In this document: piece after piece, positions 51,843 to 61,282 of the stretch
Numbering within the stretch: the first letter of the stretch is position 1
Layout: each line of letters begins with the position of its first letter
Assembly (NCBI GenBank): GCA_963662545.2
Contig: CAXXLL010000002.1
Coordinates: forward strand, 1,600,001-1,664,000
DNA length: 64,000 nucleotides
Reading direction: 5' to 3'
Origin: Gammaproteobacteria bacterium
Lineage (GTDB): Bacteria; Pseudomonadota; Gammaproteobacteria; Ga0077536
Position numbers and translations under genes: made by a program
The notes under the pieces: generated by a model
What the model saw: only the letters and a program-made list of their open reading frames with translations
The model's database searches: none
What the model was told of the DNA's origin: nothing

Positions 51843-52058
51843 CTACTCGGTTTCGTGAAGCCCTTCCTTGGGTAGCGGAATGCGGGGTTCTTCAATACCT
51901 TTCGCACGCGCGCCCGCCCATTCAATACACCAATTTGAACAGAACAGCTGTTCCTTGCCCGTGACATCAGCGTTGATGCCTTCACCGTAGATGAGGACGC
52001 CGCAGTTGTCGCATTTGACGTAGCGTTCGATGTAATAGCCATTGTCCGAAAATCTCAT
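51843..52058 (-). CDS. Small Cys-rich, TRASH/YHS-like metal-binding protein
   Basis: CDNCG...LFCSNWC, with RBS, between hyuA-like and hyuB-like genes. Confidence 0.7.
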   Translation of the reverse strand: MRFSDNGYYIERYVKCDNCGVLIYGEGINADVTGKEQLFCSNWCIEWAGARAKGIEEPRIPLPKEGLHETE

Positions 52059-52083
52059 GTCCTTCTCTCCTCGACGCAGCGTT

Positions 52084-54120
52084 TCACGCGGTCGCGATTT
52101 CTCCGATCAATATGTTGCCGTACTCGTCGATGCGAACCGGGCAGCCCGGTGCTATCACCGTGACCGAGGCGTCCTCTTCGATGACGGCAGGTCCGGTCAT
52201 GCGATGCCCCGCCTTGAGTGTGTGCCGCTGAAAGACGGGCGTCGCTCGTGGACCGTCGTCGAAGATCACCTCGCGTTCTCCTTCGGGGACGGGGTCACCC
52301 GCGGCCGCGTCGAGTTTCGGTAGGTCCGGTTTCGGCCGCGCCGATACGGCCGTGATCTTGATGCTGATGAGTTCTATCGTCTCGCGGTGAATGTCAAAGT
52401 TGTAGCGCGCCTTGTGCGCGGCGTGAAACTTACCCCAAATGGACGCGATGCTGGCGTCGTCGAATGTTTCGAAGTCGATGGAGACTTCGAGTTCGTGATT
52501 CTGGCCGAAATAGCGCATCTCTAGCGAGCGGTAGAGTTCGATATTTTCGCCGTAGCCCTGGCGGGTTAGCGCCTCGATCGATTCACGGGCGAGATCGCCC
52601 ATGACCTGATTCGCATGTTCACGATTAAAGGCCTTGGACGTCATCTGCGTGGTTCGTTCGAGGTCGATGCGCGCATCGGTCATGATGAATCCGAAAGCGG
52701 AGAACTGCCCGGGGTGATTCGGTACGATACCGCTCGGGATATTCGCCTGCTGCATGAGATCGCAAATATGCACGGGACCGGCGCCGCCGAATGCGAGCAG
52801 GGTGAATTCCCGGGGGTCGAGTCCGCGTTCCGTCAATACCATGCGGAGCGCACCGACCATGTTGTTGTTCGAGATGTGCACGATGCCGAGCGCGGCGTCG
52901 GCGACGCTCCGGTCGATCTTAGCGGCGACGACGGCGACGGCCTGGCGCGCGGCGGCAGCGTCCAGCGTCATTTCGCCGCCCAGAAAATTATCCGGGTTGA
53001 TACGCCCGAGCACGACGTTTGCATCGGTTGCGCACGCATCCTTGCCGCCGCGCCCGTAGCAGGCCGGGCCGGGGTCGGCGCCCGCACTGCGAGGTCCAAC
53101 CTGTAGCATGCCACCCTTGTCGATCCAAGCGATGGATCCGCCGCCGGCCCCTATGGTGCGGATGTCGATCATCGGGATCTGGATGGGTACGCCGAACTCG
53201 ATTTCGAAGCTCGTGGTGAAGCTCTCGCGTCCGCCGACGACGGTGGACACGTCGGTCGACGTGCCCCCCATGTCGAGGGTAACCAGATGGTCGATGCCGA
53301 TCAGCCGTGCGATCTGTTTGGCCCCGACTACGCCCCCGGTCGGGCCGGACAGGCTCAGCTGGATCGGCGCGGCGCTCGCGGCATCGAGCGTCATCTCGCC
53401 GCCGTTCGATTTGATGACGGCAACCTGGCCGATGTCACTCTCGACGCGCAGCCGCCGTTCCAGCGCATCGAGGTTGGCCGCAACCAGAGGTTTCACGTAG
53501 GCGTCGGCGATAGTCGTCGACGAGCGTTCGTGTTCCTTCCATTTCGGCAGCAGTTCATAGGAGATGGAGACCGGTTTGTCGGGACAAACTTCGGCGAAGA
53601 TCTCGCGTACGCGGCGCTCGTGATCCGGTATGACGTAAGAGCACAGTAGGCAAATCGCGATGGATTCAATTTCGGGATCGCGGGCGATTTCCTGCGCGAC
53701 CAAGCGTGCCTGATCTTCGTCGAGCGGCCGGTAGACGCCCTCGCGCGGCGTGATGCGCTCGTCAATTTCGAAGCAGTGCCGCCGCTTGACCAGCGGTTTG
53801 GATTTGATCCAGGTGATGTCGTAATGGCTTTTTCGCTTGCCCCGCTGGATGAAGGGGACGTCCTTGAAACCGCGGGTGGTCACGAAGGCGACGTTCGCGC
53901 CTTTGCGTTCCAGGATGGCATTGGTCGCGATAGTGGTTCCAAAGCGCAGGTGGTCGATAGCGCCGTCCATGCTGGATCGGGCGAGCCCGTCGATAATGCC
54001 ATCACTGGGGTCGCGCGGCGTAGACAGGGTTTTCCATACCTCGAGCGCGCGCGTATCGGGTTGATAGGCCACGAAGTCGGTAAAGGTTCCGCCGACATCG
54101 ATACCGACTATACGTGCCAT
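52084..54120 (-). CDS. Hydantoinase A / oxoprolinase family protein
   Basis: GIDVGGTFTD, DMGGTSTD, GAGGGSI, SAGA.PGPACY. Confidence 0.95.
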   Translation of the reverse strand: MARIVGIDVGGTFTDFVAYQPDTRALEVWKTLSTPRDPSDGIIDGLARSSMDGAIDHLRFGTTIATNAILERKGANVAFVTTRGFKDVPFIQRGKRKSHYDITWIKSKPLVKRRHCFEIDERITPREGVYRPLDEDQARLVAQEIARDPEIESIAICLLCSYVIPDHERRVREIFAEVCPDKPVSISYELLPKWKEHERSSTTIADAYVKPLVAANLDALERRLRVESDIGQVAVIKSNGGEMTLDAASAAPIQLSLSGPTGGVVGAKQIARLIGIDHLVTLDMGGTSTDVSTVVGGRESFTTSFEIEFGVPIQIPMIDIRTIGAGGGSIAWIDKGGMLQVGPRSAGADPGPACYGRGGKDACATDANVVLGRINPDNFLGGEMTLDAAAARQAVAVVAAKIDRSVADAALGIVHISNNNMVGALRMVLTERGLDPREFTLLAFGGAGPVHICDLMQQANIPSGIVPNHPGQFSAFGFIMTDARIDLERTTQMTSKAFNREHANQVMGDLARESIEALTRQGYGENIELYRSLEMRYFGQNHELEVSIDFETFDDASIASIWGKFHAAHKARYNFDIHRETIELISIKITAVSARPKPDLPKLDAAAGDPVPEGEREVIFDDGPRATPVFQRHTLKAGHRMTGPAVIEEDASVTVIAPGCPVRIDEYGNILIGEIATA

Positions 54121-54231
54121 CAGCGCCTTCTCCTGGACTTTAGGGACAGTCTCGCGCTAAAGAGCGTAGCAGATGTGCAGGTGGAATTGGTCGACGCTGC
54201 GGATTACCCGCCGCGGATGTACGACGAAAGT

Positions 54232-56700
54232 CTACTCGGCCCGGCGTTGTTCCGCCGCCCGCCGCAGGCCCTCGCCGATGCCTGGGCAAAGCGCCACCGC
54301 TTCCTGGACTTCCGAGCGGCTCAATTCGTAGAGTGCGCAGGCAGTCGCCGCACGGCAGGTCGCGGTGCGCGGTTCGTCTTCGAGAATGGCGATCTCGCCG
54401 AAGAAATCGCCTGCGAACAGGGTCGCCAGTTCGTGATCCTCGCCACCGTCGTCGCGTCTTAAGACCCGCATCACGCCGCGGGCGATGAAATACATCGTCG
54501 CCCCGGTCTCGCCCTGGCGAATGACGTCGTCGCCAGGCGCCACGGTGACGGGTTTCAGGCGCGCGACGATCTGCGCGACATCGGCCGTCGGCGCATCGGC
54601 GAAGAACGGTACCTTCTTTAACAGTTCGGAAGGATCGACGTCCAGTGCGGCGACCGTAACGCGGCCCAGGTTACGGATACGCAGATCGAATTGTTCGAGC
54701 AATTCTTCCCCGAGTCCGTGCGGCAGCGCGCCGGTATCGACATGCGCCTCAATAGCGTCCCGCTCGACGCGAAGGATCAAACGTTCGGCCAGTCGCATCT
54801 GCATGGCGGCGACGAATTCCGGAAACTGCTCGGCCCAGTCGTCGAGTCGTTTACGCGCGTCGTTACGACGCACCGTGTAATGTTCGCGCAGCTTATTGAC
54901 GGCCTGTCCACTCAAGGTTTGCGCTTCGCCCGCCTCGATTAGAAATTCCTCGACGCGCCGGCAGGCCTGAAATTCGGCCCAGGCAATCTGATAGGCGCGC
55001 GTCACCGCGCGCGTGCTCATATGGCGGGCAAGCGCCTTTGGCAAATGCGTGGCCAGGCGCTGGAACAGCGAGGTTTTCTCGATCGTTTCGCTGATGCTCG
55101 TGTCCGAAGGCAGGTGACCGTAATGTCGCAGTTCGTCGATCATGGCGGAGACGGCGTGGGCGGCGGCCCGGTAGGCATCCTCGGTGATGTGGTGGCGGGC
55201 GAACTGTTCGTAATAGGCCGCCTTTTCATTGGCCAAGCAACGCAGGTGCAGTACGCGCAGCTCCTCGGTTTCGTCGAGTTCGTGTACGCGTAATTCGGCG
55301 ATTGCCGCCCGCAGCTGGGTAATCTCCTCGCGGTGCTGTATCTCGAGGTCGCGCGCGATGCGCGCCGAGAACAGCCCACCCGCGCCGAGTTCAGGGATGC
55401 GGTCGACCGCACGCAATGACGATTCGACCATGGCCTCGTCGCGCGCGAAGCGATCCCCGGCGCTCGGGATGTCGAGTCCGAGCCAACGCATCAAGGGTTC
55501 CATCGTCAGACCTTGGACGATCAGAGTGAACAGCACGGCGCCCATGACGACTGCGGTAAATGCGCGCGTCCACTCGAAATCGCCGAGGCTTAATACGACC
55601 GCAATGGCGACGGCGCCGCGTAATCCGCCCCAGTACATCACGGTCTGATAGGAGCGAGAGACCGCTTCAGCGCCGGGCAGCCGGCCGAGCGCGGGAACGA
55701 GACTGTAGATCACCAACGCGCGGGAGATGAGCATGGCGAATATGGCGATCAAAAGTACATCGGCGAACAAGGCGAGGGCCTCGAGATCGATAGTCAAGCC
55801 GACCAGCAGGAAGATCAGGGCGTTGGCGACGAAAGAGATATAAGCCCAGAAATGCTCGATGTAGTCGCTGATGCCCGGTGACAGTTTGCTTCGACCCCAG
55901 CCCCCGATGGTGAGCCCCGCGGCGACGGTAGCCATGACGCCGCTGACGTGGAAGATCTCTTCGCCGACGATGAACGAGAGATAAGCCAGCACAGTCAGAA
56001 TCGATATCTCGATGGCCTGGTTTTCATAGACGGCGCCCAGGATGAAGCCGGCGGCGAGCGCCATCAGCCAGCCGACCAGAACACCGCCGATGAACACGAA
56101 CACGAATTCGAGCACGCCGTTCGCCACCGTTTCCCAGCTTGCGAACCCGGCGATCGCGATCGCGAGCAGGATCTTGGCGGCGACGATGGCGGTGGCATCG
56201 TTGAAAAGGCTTTCACCTTCGACCAGGACCGTCAGGCGCTGCGGCGCGCCGAGTTGACGGAACAGCGCGATGACGGCGACCGGATCGGTCGCCGATAAAA
56301 TCGCGCCCAGGACCAGCGCGGCGATGAAGGGAACGTCGGTCAGGGCGGCGACGAGTCCCGCGATCACGACCGTTGAAATCAGCAGGCCCGGGACGGCGAG
56401 GGTGAGTACCGGCAGGAGATTTTCGCGCAGCTGCCGCGCATCGAGATGCAACGCGGATTCGAAAATGAGGCTGGGTAGAAACACATAAAGAATGATGTCA
56501 GGCGAGATGTGGAACGCGAGCATCCGCGCCAACGATACCGGCAGCACGGGCGAGAGAGCCGTGATCCCGAGACCGACGATGACCAGGAGGATCGTAAACG
56601 GCAGATGCATTCGCTTCGCAAGTGCTAGAGTCGCCGAAGCCAGCAGCAACAAAATGCACAGGCCGAGTACGAGTTCGGCGATTGCGCTGTGATGTTCCAT
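54232..56700 (-). CDS. CPA1 Na+/H+ antiporter with C-terminal cNMP-binding domain
   Basis: SATDPVAV, EGESLFND, WGGLRGA; FFGEIA..PRTA. Confidence 0.92.
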   Translation of the reverse strand: MEHHSAIAELVLGLCILLLLASATLALAKRMHLPFTILLVIVGLGITALSPVLPVSLARMLAFHISPDIILYVFLPSLIFESALHLDARQLRENLLPVLTLAVPGLLISTVVIAGLVAALTDVPFIAALVLGAILSATDPVAVIALFRQLGAPQRLTVLVEGESLFNDATAIVAAKILLAIAIAGFASWETVANGVLEFVFVFIGGVLVGWLMALAAGFILGAVYENQAIEISILTVLAYLSFIVGEEIFHVSGVMATVAAGLTIGGWGRSKLSPGISDYIEHFWAYISFVANALIFLLVGLTIDLEALALFADVLLIAIFAMLISRALVIYSLVPALGRLPGAEAVSRSYQTVMYWGGLRGAVAIAVVLSLGDFEWTRAFTAVVMGAVLFTLIVQGLTMEPLMRWLGLDIPSAGDRFARDEAMVESSLRAVDRIPELGAGGLFSARIARDLEIQHREEITQLRAAIAELRVHELDETEELRVLHLRCLANEKAAYYEQFARHHITEDAYRAAAHAVSAMIDELRHYGHLPSDTSISETIEKTSLFQRLATHLPKALARHMSTRAVTRAYQIAWAEFQACRRVEEFLIEAGEAQTLSGQAVNKLREHYTVRRNDARKRLDDWAEQFPEFVAAMQMRLAERLILRVERDAIEAHVDTGALPHGLGEELLEQFDLRIRNLGRVTVAALDVDPSELLKKVPFFADAPTADVAQIVARLKPVTVAPGDDVIRQGETGATMYFIARGVMRVLRRDDGGEDHELATLFAGDFFGEIAILEDEPRTATCRAATACALYELSRSEVQEAVALCPGIGEGLRRAAEQRRAE

Positions 56701-56712
56701 CCGACCCCGACC

Positions 56713-57438
56713 TCAACGGACCACTGCGGTACGCCGCCAATTGTCCCACAGCAGGCGCGCCAGATGATTGAAACCGACCATGTGTGAAGCGCAATCGGCC
56801 CGAAAATCGTCCAGACCCTGCGGACCGAGCTCGGCATGCAGCGCATCGCGATAGGCCGGGATCGCGCCCCAGTCATCGACCGTCGAATCCACCACTTCCA
56901 CATGAAACTGAAAACTGAAAGCCGTGCGCCCGACGGCGAGTGCCTGTATCGCGCAGGCCGGTGATTCTGCCAAAACGCGTGCGCCCGGTGGTGGTGAATC
57001 GACCTCCGCGCCATGCCATTGCAGGGCGGGAAACGACGCCGGCATGCCGGAGAAATATCCGCTCTTTACGCCGGCGGCGGTCAAGGCGACGTCCATCACG
57101 CCAATTTCAGCCTGCCGTGACTTGGCGACCCGGCCGCCGAGCGCGTCCGCCAGCAACTGATGGCCCAGACAGACGCCTAGATAAGGCCGTTGGAGTTCAC
57201 CGACGACAGTTCGGATCGCGGTCTTTTCCTGAGCGAGCCAGCCGTGTGCGTCCTCTTCCCACACGTCCATGGGTCCGCCCATGACAATGAGTGCGTCGTA
57301 GTTGGCGACGTCGGGCATCGCCTCGCCCTGATCGAGTTCGACCGTGTCCCAGCGGACCCCTTCCTCACGCATGAAATCGCGGAAGATACCCGGATGCTCC
57401 ACGTCAATGTGTTGCAAAACCAGAAATTGCTGCGTCAT
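56713..57438 (-). CDS. Class I glutamine amidotransferase-like protein
   Basis: MGGPM, GVCLGHQ, QFHVE. Confidence 0.9.
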   Translation of the reverse strand: MTQQFLVLQHIDVEHPGIFRDFMREEGVRWDTVELDQGEAMPDVANYDALIVMGGPMDVWEEDAHGWLAQEKTAIRTVVGELQRPYLGVCLGHQLLADALGGRVAKSRQAEIGVMDVALTAAGVKSGYFSGMPASFPALQWHGAEVDSPPPGARVLAESPACAIQALAVGRTAFSFQFHVEVVDSTVDDWGAIPAYRDALHAELGPQGLDDFRADCASHMVGFNHLARLLWDNWRRTAVVR

Positions 57439-58190
57439 TCGAGCGGTTCTCGATCCCGGTTGTCCGGTCCGCCGCCGGTGGCGGTGATGCCGAGAAATGT
57501 GATGATCCACTGCTTGAGCATGCGATTGTCGTGTGCGCGGGCTAGCGAATGAAGTGCCGCAAGATAGGTCGTCTCCGGCATCCGATCCCGGCGCCATTCC
57601 ACCAGCTTGCGGATGAACTCCACGCTGAATTCGGGATGCCCCTGGACGCCCAGAATGCGATCGGTGAAACGGACGATGAAGTTTTCACAATGACTGTTAC
57701 GCGCGAGGCGCATGGCGCCCGGCGGCAGCGCAGTGACCTGGTCCTGGTGGCACACGGGCACCACGAACCGATCGCGCTGCGGACGCATCCAGGGCTCGTC
57801 GCTCAGCACTTCGTATTCTCCGATGCCGAGCCCCCAGCCCTGGGGGGCGACCTCAACCTGGCCGCCGAGTGCCTGGCCGAGGATCTGGTGGCCGAAGCAC
57901 AGCCCGACGATGGGCTGCCCGTTCTGCGCGACGCCCTTGATGAAGGTTTCGAGGCGCGCTATCCACGGCAGCGCATCGTAAGCGCCGTGGCGGCTTCCGG
58001 AGATGAGGTAACCATCGCACGTATTCGCATGCGGCGGCAGTTCTTCCCGTGTGATATCGAACACCTGCCACTCGATTTCGGTCGTTACCTCGTCGAACGC
58101 TTCGGCGAACATGTCAGGAAAATCCGGGAATTGCCCCGCAAACGGTTCCATCACGTGGTCGCAGAGCAGAAAACCGAGCCGGTATGCCAT
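57435..58190 (-). CDS. Class I glutamine amidotransferase-like protein
   Basis: ISGS, GLCFGHQ, HQDQV, QGHPE. Confidence 0.9.
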   Translation of the reverse strand: MAYRLGFLLCDHVMEPFAGQFPDFPDMFAEAFDEVTTEIEWQVFDITREELPPHANTCDGYLISGSRHGAYDALPWIARLETFIKGVAQNGQPIVGLCFGHQILGQALGGQVEVAPQGWGLGIGEYEVLSDEPWMRPQRDRFVVPVCHQDQVTALPPGAMRLARNSHCENFIVRFTDRILGVQGHPEFSVEFIRKLVEWRRDRMPETTYLAALHSLARAHDNRMLKQWIITFLGITATGGGPDNRDREPLE

Positions 58191-58201
58191 AATTTTCCTT
58201 T

Positions 58202-58367
58202 AAGGAACCTCTGAATAAGTCATGGTGCGTCTGAATTGTTCATGAAATTGTGCAGATCAAGGCACGAAGCGCAGGCAATAGCGGGGACTATTGGCAAGGT
58301 TCGTAACGCTGAGCTGCGCGATTTAATGGGCAAGGCAGATGTGCCATGACTTATTCAGCGGTTCCTT
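58202..58367. mobile_element. MITE-like element with IS5-type ends
   Basis: 24-bp IR AAGGAACCTCTGAATAAGTCATGG / CCATGACTTATTCAGCGGTTCCTT. Confidence 0.75.
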
Positions 58368-58484
58368 GAGCACCCAGCTTTTCTTTGCGTGTTATGCGTC
58401 TCTGCGAGAGTATCATCAAGGTCGCTTTCCAGCGCGGCGGGATCCGTGTCGTAGCGCTCATACTCTCATACAGAATTAGTTGAA

Positions 58485-59555
58485 ATGAAATTCGGCGTAT
58501 TTCTTCCCAACGGCAGCAACGGTTATATCCCTTCGGCGGGAAGTCCGGTCTACTTGCCGACCTTTCAACACAACAAGGACATATCGATCGAAGCCGAGAA
58601 GCAGGGACTGGATTTCGTCCTTTCGATGATGAAATACCGCGGCTTCGGCGGCGACACGGGCTATTGGGACGCCTGCCTCGAATCCTTCACCTTGATGGCA
58701 GCGCTCGCCGCCGTGACCAAGCGAGTCGAACTCTACCCTTCGATTTCGATCCTGAGTCAGCATCCCGCGGTCGTCGCGCGCATGGTCGCCACGATCGACG
58801 ACATCAGCGGCGGGCGCTGCGGCTTGAACATCGTCACCGGTTGGAATCGGCCGGAATACGCGCAGATGGGTTTGTGGCCCGGCGATTCCCATTACGAACG
58901 GCGTTATGACTACGCAGAAGAATATCTGACGATTTTGAGAGAACTTTGGGAAACTGGCCGCTCGAGTCAGAAAGGCGAGTTTTTCGAGCTCGACGATTGT
59001 GCGATGTACCCGGCGCCCAGCCGTAAGATTCCGATCGTCTGCGCCGGCCAGTCACCGCGCGGCAAGCAGTTCGTCGCCGAGATGGCGGATCAGCAATTCG
59101 TCATGACCGCCGACTCGAAGCTGGCACCGGGCGTGGCCGACATCAAGGACCGTGCGCGTAAAACGGGCCGCAAAGTCGGCATCTATGCGCTCTATCACAT
59201 GATTGTGGCCGACAGCGATGACGACGCGGTTCGCATGGCTGAAGAAATCGTCGCGCGCGCCGACCGCGGCGCGATTGCCAATATCCTGGCCAGCGCCGAT
59301 CTCGACACCAACGTGGACGGCACGAGTGACCACCTCAAGGCTGCCCTCGAGCTAGGCATAGAGGAAGGCAACATCGCCTTCATGAGCATTCCCGTCGTGC
59401 TCGGATCACCGGCCACGGTCGCCCGGCGAATCGATCAAATTTCTGAAAACACCGGCATTGACGGCATGCTGTTCAGCTGGCCCGACTTCGTGTCCGGCAT
59501 ACGCCGATTCGGCGAAGACGTAATCCCGCTGTTGAAATGCCTGAAAGCGGCCTGA
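58485..59555 (+). CDS. RutA-like flavin-dependent monooxygenase
   Basis: GVFLP..NGYI, LSM.KYRGFGG.T.YWD..LESFTLMA, CAGQS. Confidence 0.85.
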   Translation: MKFGVFLPNGSNGYIPSAGSPVYLPTFQHNKDISIEAEKQGLDFVLSMMKYRGFGGDTGYWDACLESFTLMAALAAVTKRVELYPSISILSQHPAVVARMVATIDDISGGRCGLNIVTGWNRPEYAQMGLWPGDSHYERRYDYAEEYLTILRELWETGRSSQKGEFFELDDCAMYPAPSRKIPIVCAGQSPRGKQFVAEMADQQFVMTADSKLAPGVADIKDRARKTGRKVGIYALYHMIVADSDDDAVRMAEEIVARADRGAIANILASADLDTNVDGTSDHLKAALELGIEEGNIAFMSIPVVLGSPATVARRIDQISENTGIDGMLFSWPDFVSGIRRFGEDVIPLLKCLKAA

Positions 59556-59571
59556 GTTTGTTATAAACGCC

Positions 59572-59952
59572 TCAGGTTTTCTTCCTGGCGCGCCCCGGTT
59601 GCCGGTCTTTCTCCACGGCAGCGATCGCTTCGTCGTAAGGCTGGGTGTCGCCAGTCGCCACCGCCTCGAGTTCGATCTCGACGATGCGCAGGATTTCGCC
59701 GAGGTAGCTTTCGCGCCAGGCGGCGCGCTCGGCCATGACCGCGGCGCCTGGCTCGTAAGCCTCAATTTCGGCGCGCTTCAGCAGGCCCTTAGTTTCCAGC
59801 AAGCGTTCGATGGTATCGAGGCGATCACGTGCGACTGCCACCTCCCCGGCGAGTCCCATGACCATGGAGACGACCTTGTCGACATTCGGATCGTCGAAGA
59901 AATAGGGGCGTTCGCCCCGGGCCTTGCGCTTGAGCCGGCTGGTCGTGCCCAC
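59572..59952 (-). CDS. Conserved hypothetical protein
   Basis: ARGERPYFFDDP.VD...LA.EV.V.RDRLDT.ERLL; coupled to the methyltransferase gene. Confidence 0.7.
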   Translation of the reverse strand: MGTTSRLKRKARGERPYFFDDPNVDKVVSMVMGLAGEVAVARDRLDTIERLLETKGLLKRAEIEAYEPGAAVMAERAAWRESYLGEILRIVEIELEAVATGDTQPYDEAIAAVEKDRQPGRARKKT

Positions 59953-59962
59953 CTGCCGGTTC

Positions 59963-61144
59963 CTATTTGGCGTTGCCGTAAATAAACCACAAGCCGCCGC
60001 CGCCGAAGTCGCCGCCCTGGAATACTTTGGAGCGCTTCGCCTCGGCCACTTGCAAGGCACTGGGGATCATGGCCTCGAATTCCTTGTCGGGATCGAATCC
60101 GCCTTCGCGGGAAAGCGCCTGGAGATCGATTTCGTGTGAACGCGCCCAGAATGGCTCGTTGTTGTTCAGTGTGTCCCAGTCGAGCATGAAAGCGTCGAAC
60201 GGATCCATACCCGCGTAGGGCGGTGTTTCCGCATGAACCATCATGCCGCCGGGTTTGAGTAAGCGGTGACACTCCTTGACGATGTTGTGAATCGCTTTCT
60301 CCGAGGTTTCGTGCAGGAGAATATGTGAGACGATGAGATCGAAGAAGCCGTCCGGAAATTTCGTTTTCTCCGCATTCTGCTGCGAAAAATGAATCTTCGC
60401 CCCGAGATCGTTTGCGCGAGCGTGCGCATAGCGGAGCATCGGCGCCGCGACGTCGATGGCATGCACCTGCGCTTCGGGATATGCCCGCGTATAGGGCACC
60501 GTGCTGTGTCCGACGGCGCAGCCCATATCGAGGATCCGCTGCGGTGCGAAATCAGGGTGATGGTCCTCGAGCCACAGGGCGATACTCGCGCCGATATCGT
60601 CGTTATAAGGCCCCATCTGTCCCATCGCATAGATATGCACCCCACGGTCGTACACCATGCCGGGCGAAGCATCTTCGGGCGTAAATTCGCTGTGATAAGC
60701 ACCCGGCTGGCAATGGATGTCGACCGCGGTGTGGTACCGCGGCGTCTTGAGATTCGAATCGAGTTTGAGCGAGCCCTTTGTCTTCTGGCCGCGCTGGTGC
60801 CTGATCTTGTCATTGAGGGCATCGAATTCGCGTTCGACCGGTTTCTGGCAGGCCGACCACATCATTTCCTGGCTGTTTCTTAGCAGGGCGCTGAACATCT
60901 GGTAGTACGGGTCTCGGGTCATGACATCGCGAACTTCGAAACGATCTTTCGGCGCGCGCCGATGCCCTTTTTCGAACGCCGGCTTCACGGCCAGGTCGTA
61001 GCGTTTCCGGTTGCCGCCGTGGACGTGCCGGACCAGGAACTGCTTGTAAGAGCGAACGAATTCCTGCCGCGCGAATTCATCGTGCGTCGTGCCGGGAAGT
61101 GCCACATGTGCGGCCTGGGCGTTGGGATCCTTCGTTGCTGCCAT
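59963..61144 (-). CDS. Class I SAM-dependent methyltransferase
   Basis: RILDMGC.VG, FDLIVS..LLHE, NNEPF. Confidence 0.88.
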   Translation of the reverse strand: MAATKDPNAQAAHVALPGTTHDEFARQEFVRSYKQFLVRHVHGGNRKRYDLAVKPAFEKGHRRAPKDRFEVRDVMTRDPYYQMFSALLRNSQEMMWSACQKPVEREFDALNDKIRHQRGQKTKGSLKLDSNLKTPRYHTAVDIHCQPGAYHSEFTPEDASPGMVYDRGVHIYAMGQMGPYNDDIGASIALWLEDHHPDFAPQRILDMGCAVGHSTVPYTRAYPEAQVHAIDVAAPMLRYAHARANDLGAKIHFSQQNAEKTKFPDGFFDLIVSHILLHETSEKAIHNIVKECHRLLKPGGMMVHAETPPYAGMDPFDAFMLDWDTLNNNEPFWARSHEIDLQALSREGGFDPDKEFEAMIPSALQVAEAKRSKVFQGGDFGGGGLWFIYGNAK

Positions 61145-61282
61145 CGGTATTTCTCCTGCCCTCGGGCTTGGATGCGACGGCAATACAATCTACAGATTTT
61201 CACCGACGCGCGAAAGTACGCTGATGTACACTCTCGCTTCCCACAACGCAGAGGCAGCGTTACTGTTGGGCGGATTAGAATC

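Noticed and set aside
50690-51964. Long antisense ORFs (e.g. 424 aa here; also 3061..3975, 20757..21737, 47240..48436)
   Set aside because: Shadow frames opposite well-supported genes, as expected in high-GC DNA.
60962-61282. N-terminal extension of the hydantoinase A ORF (789 aa in the track)
   Set aside because: It overlaps the divergent methyltransferase; the family start MSYRLGADVGG is at 61283.
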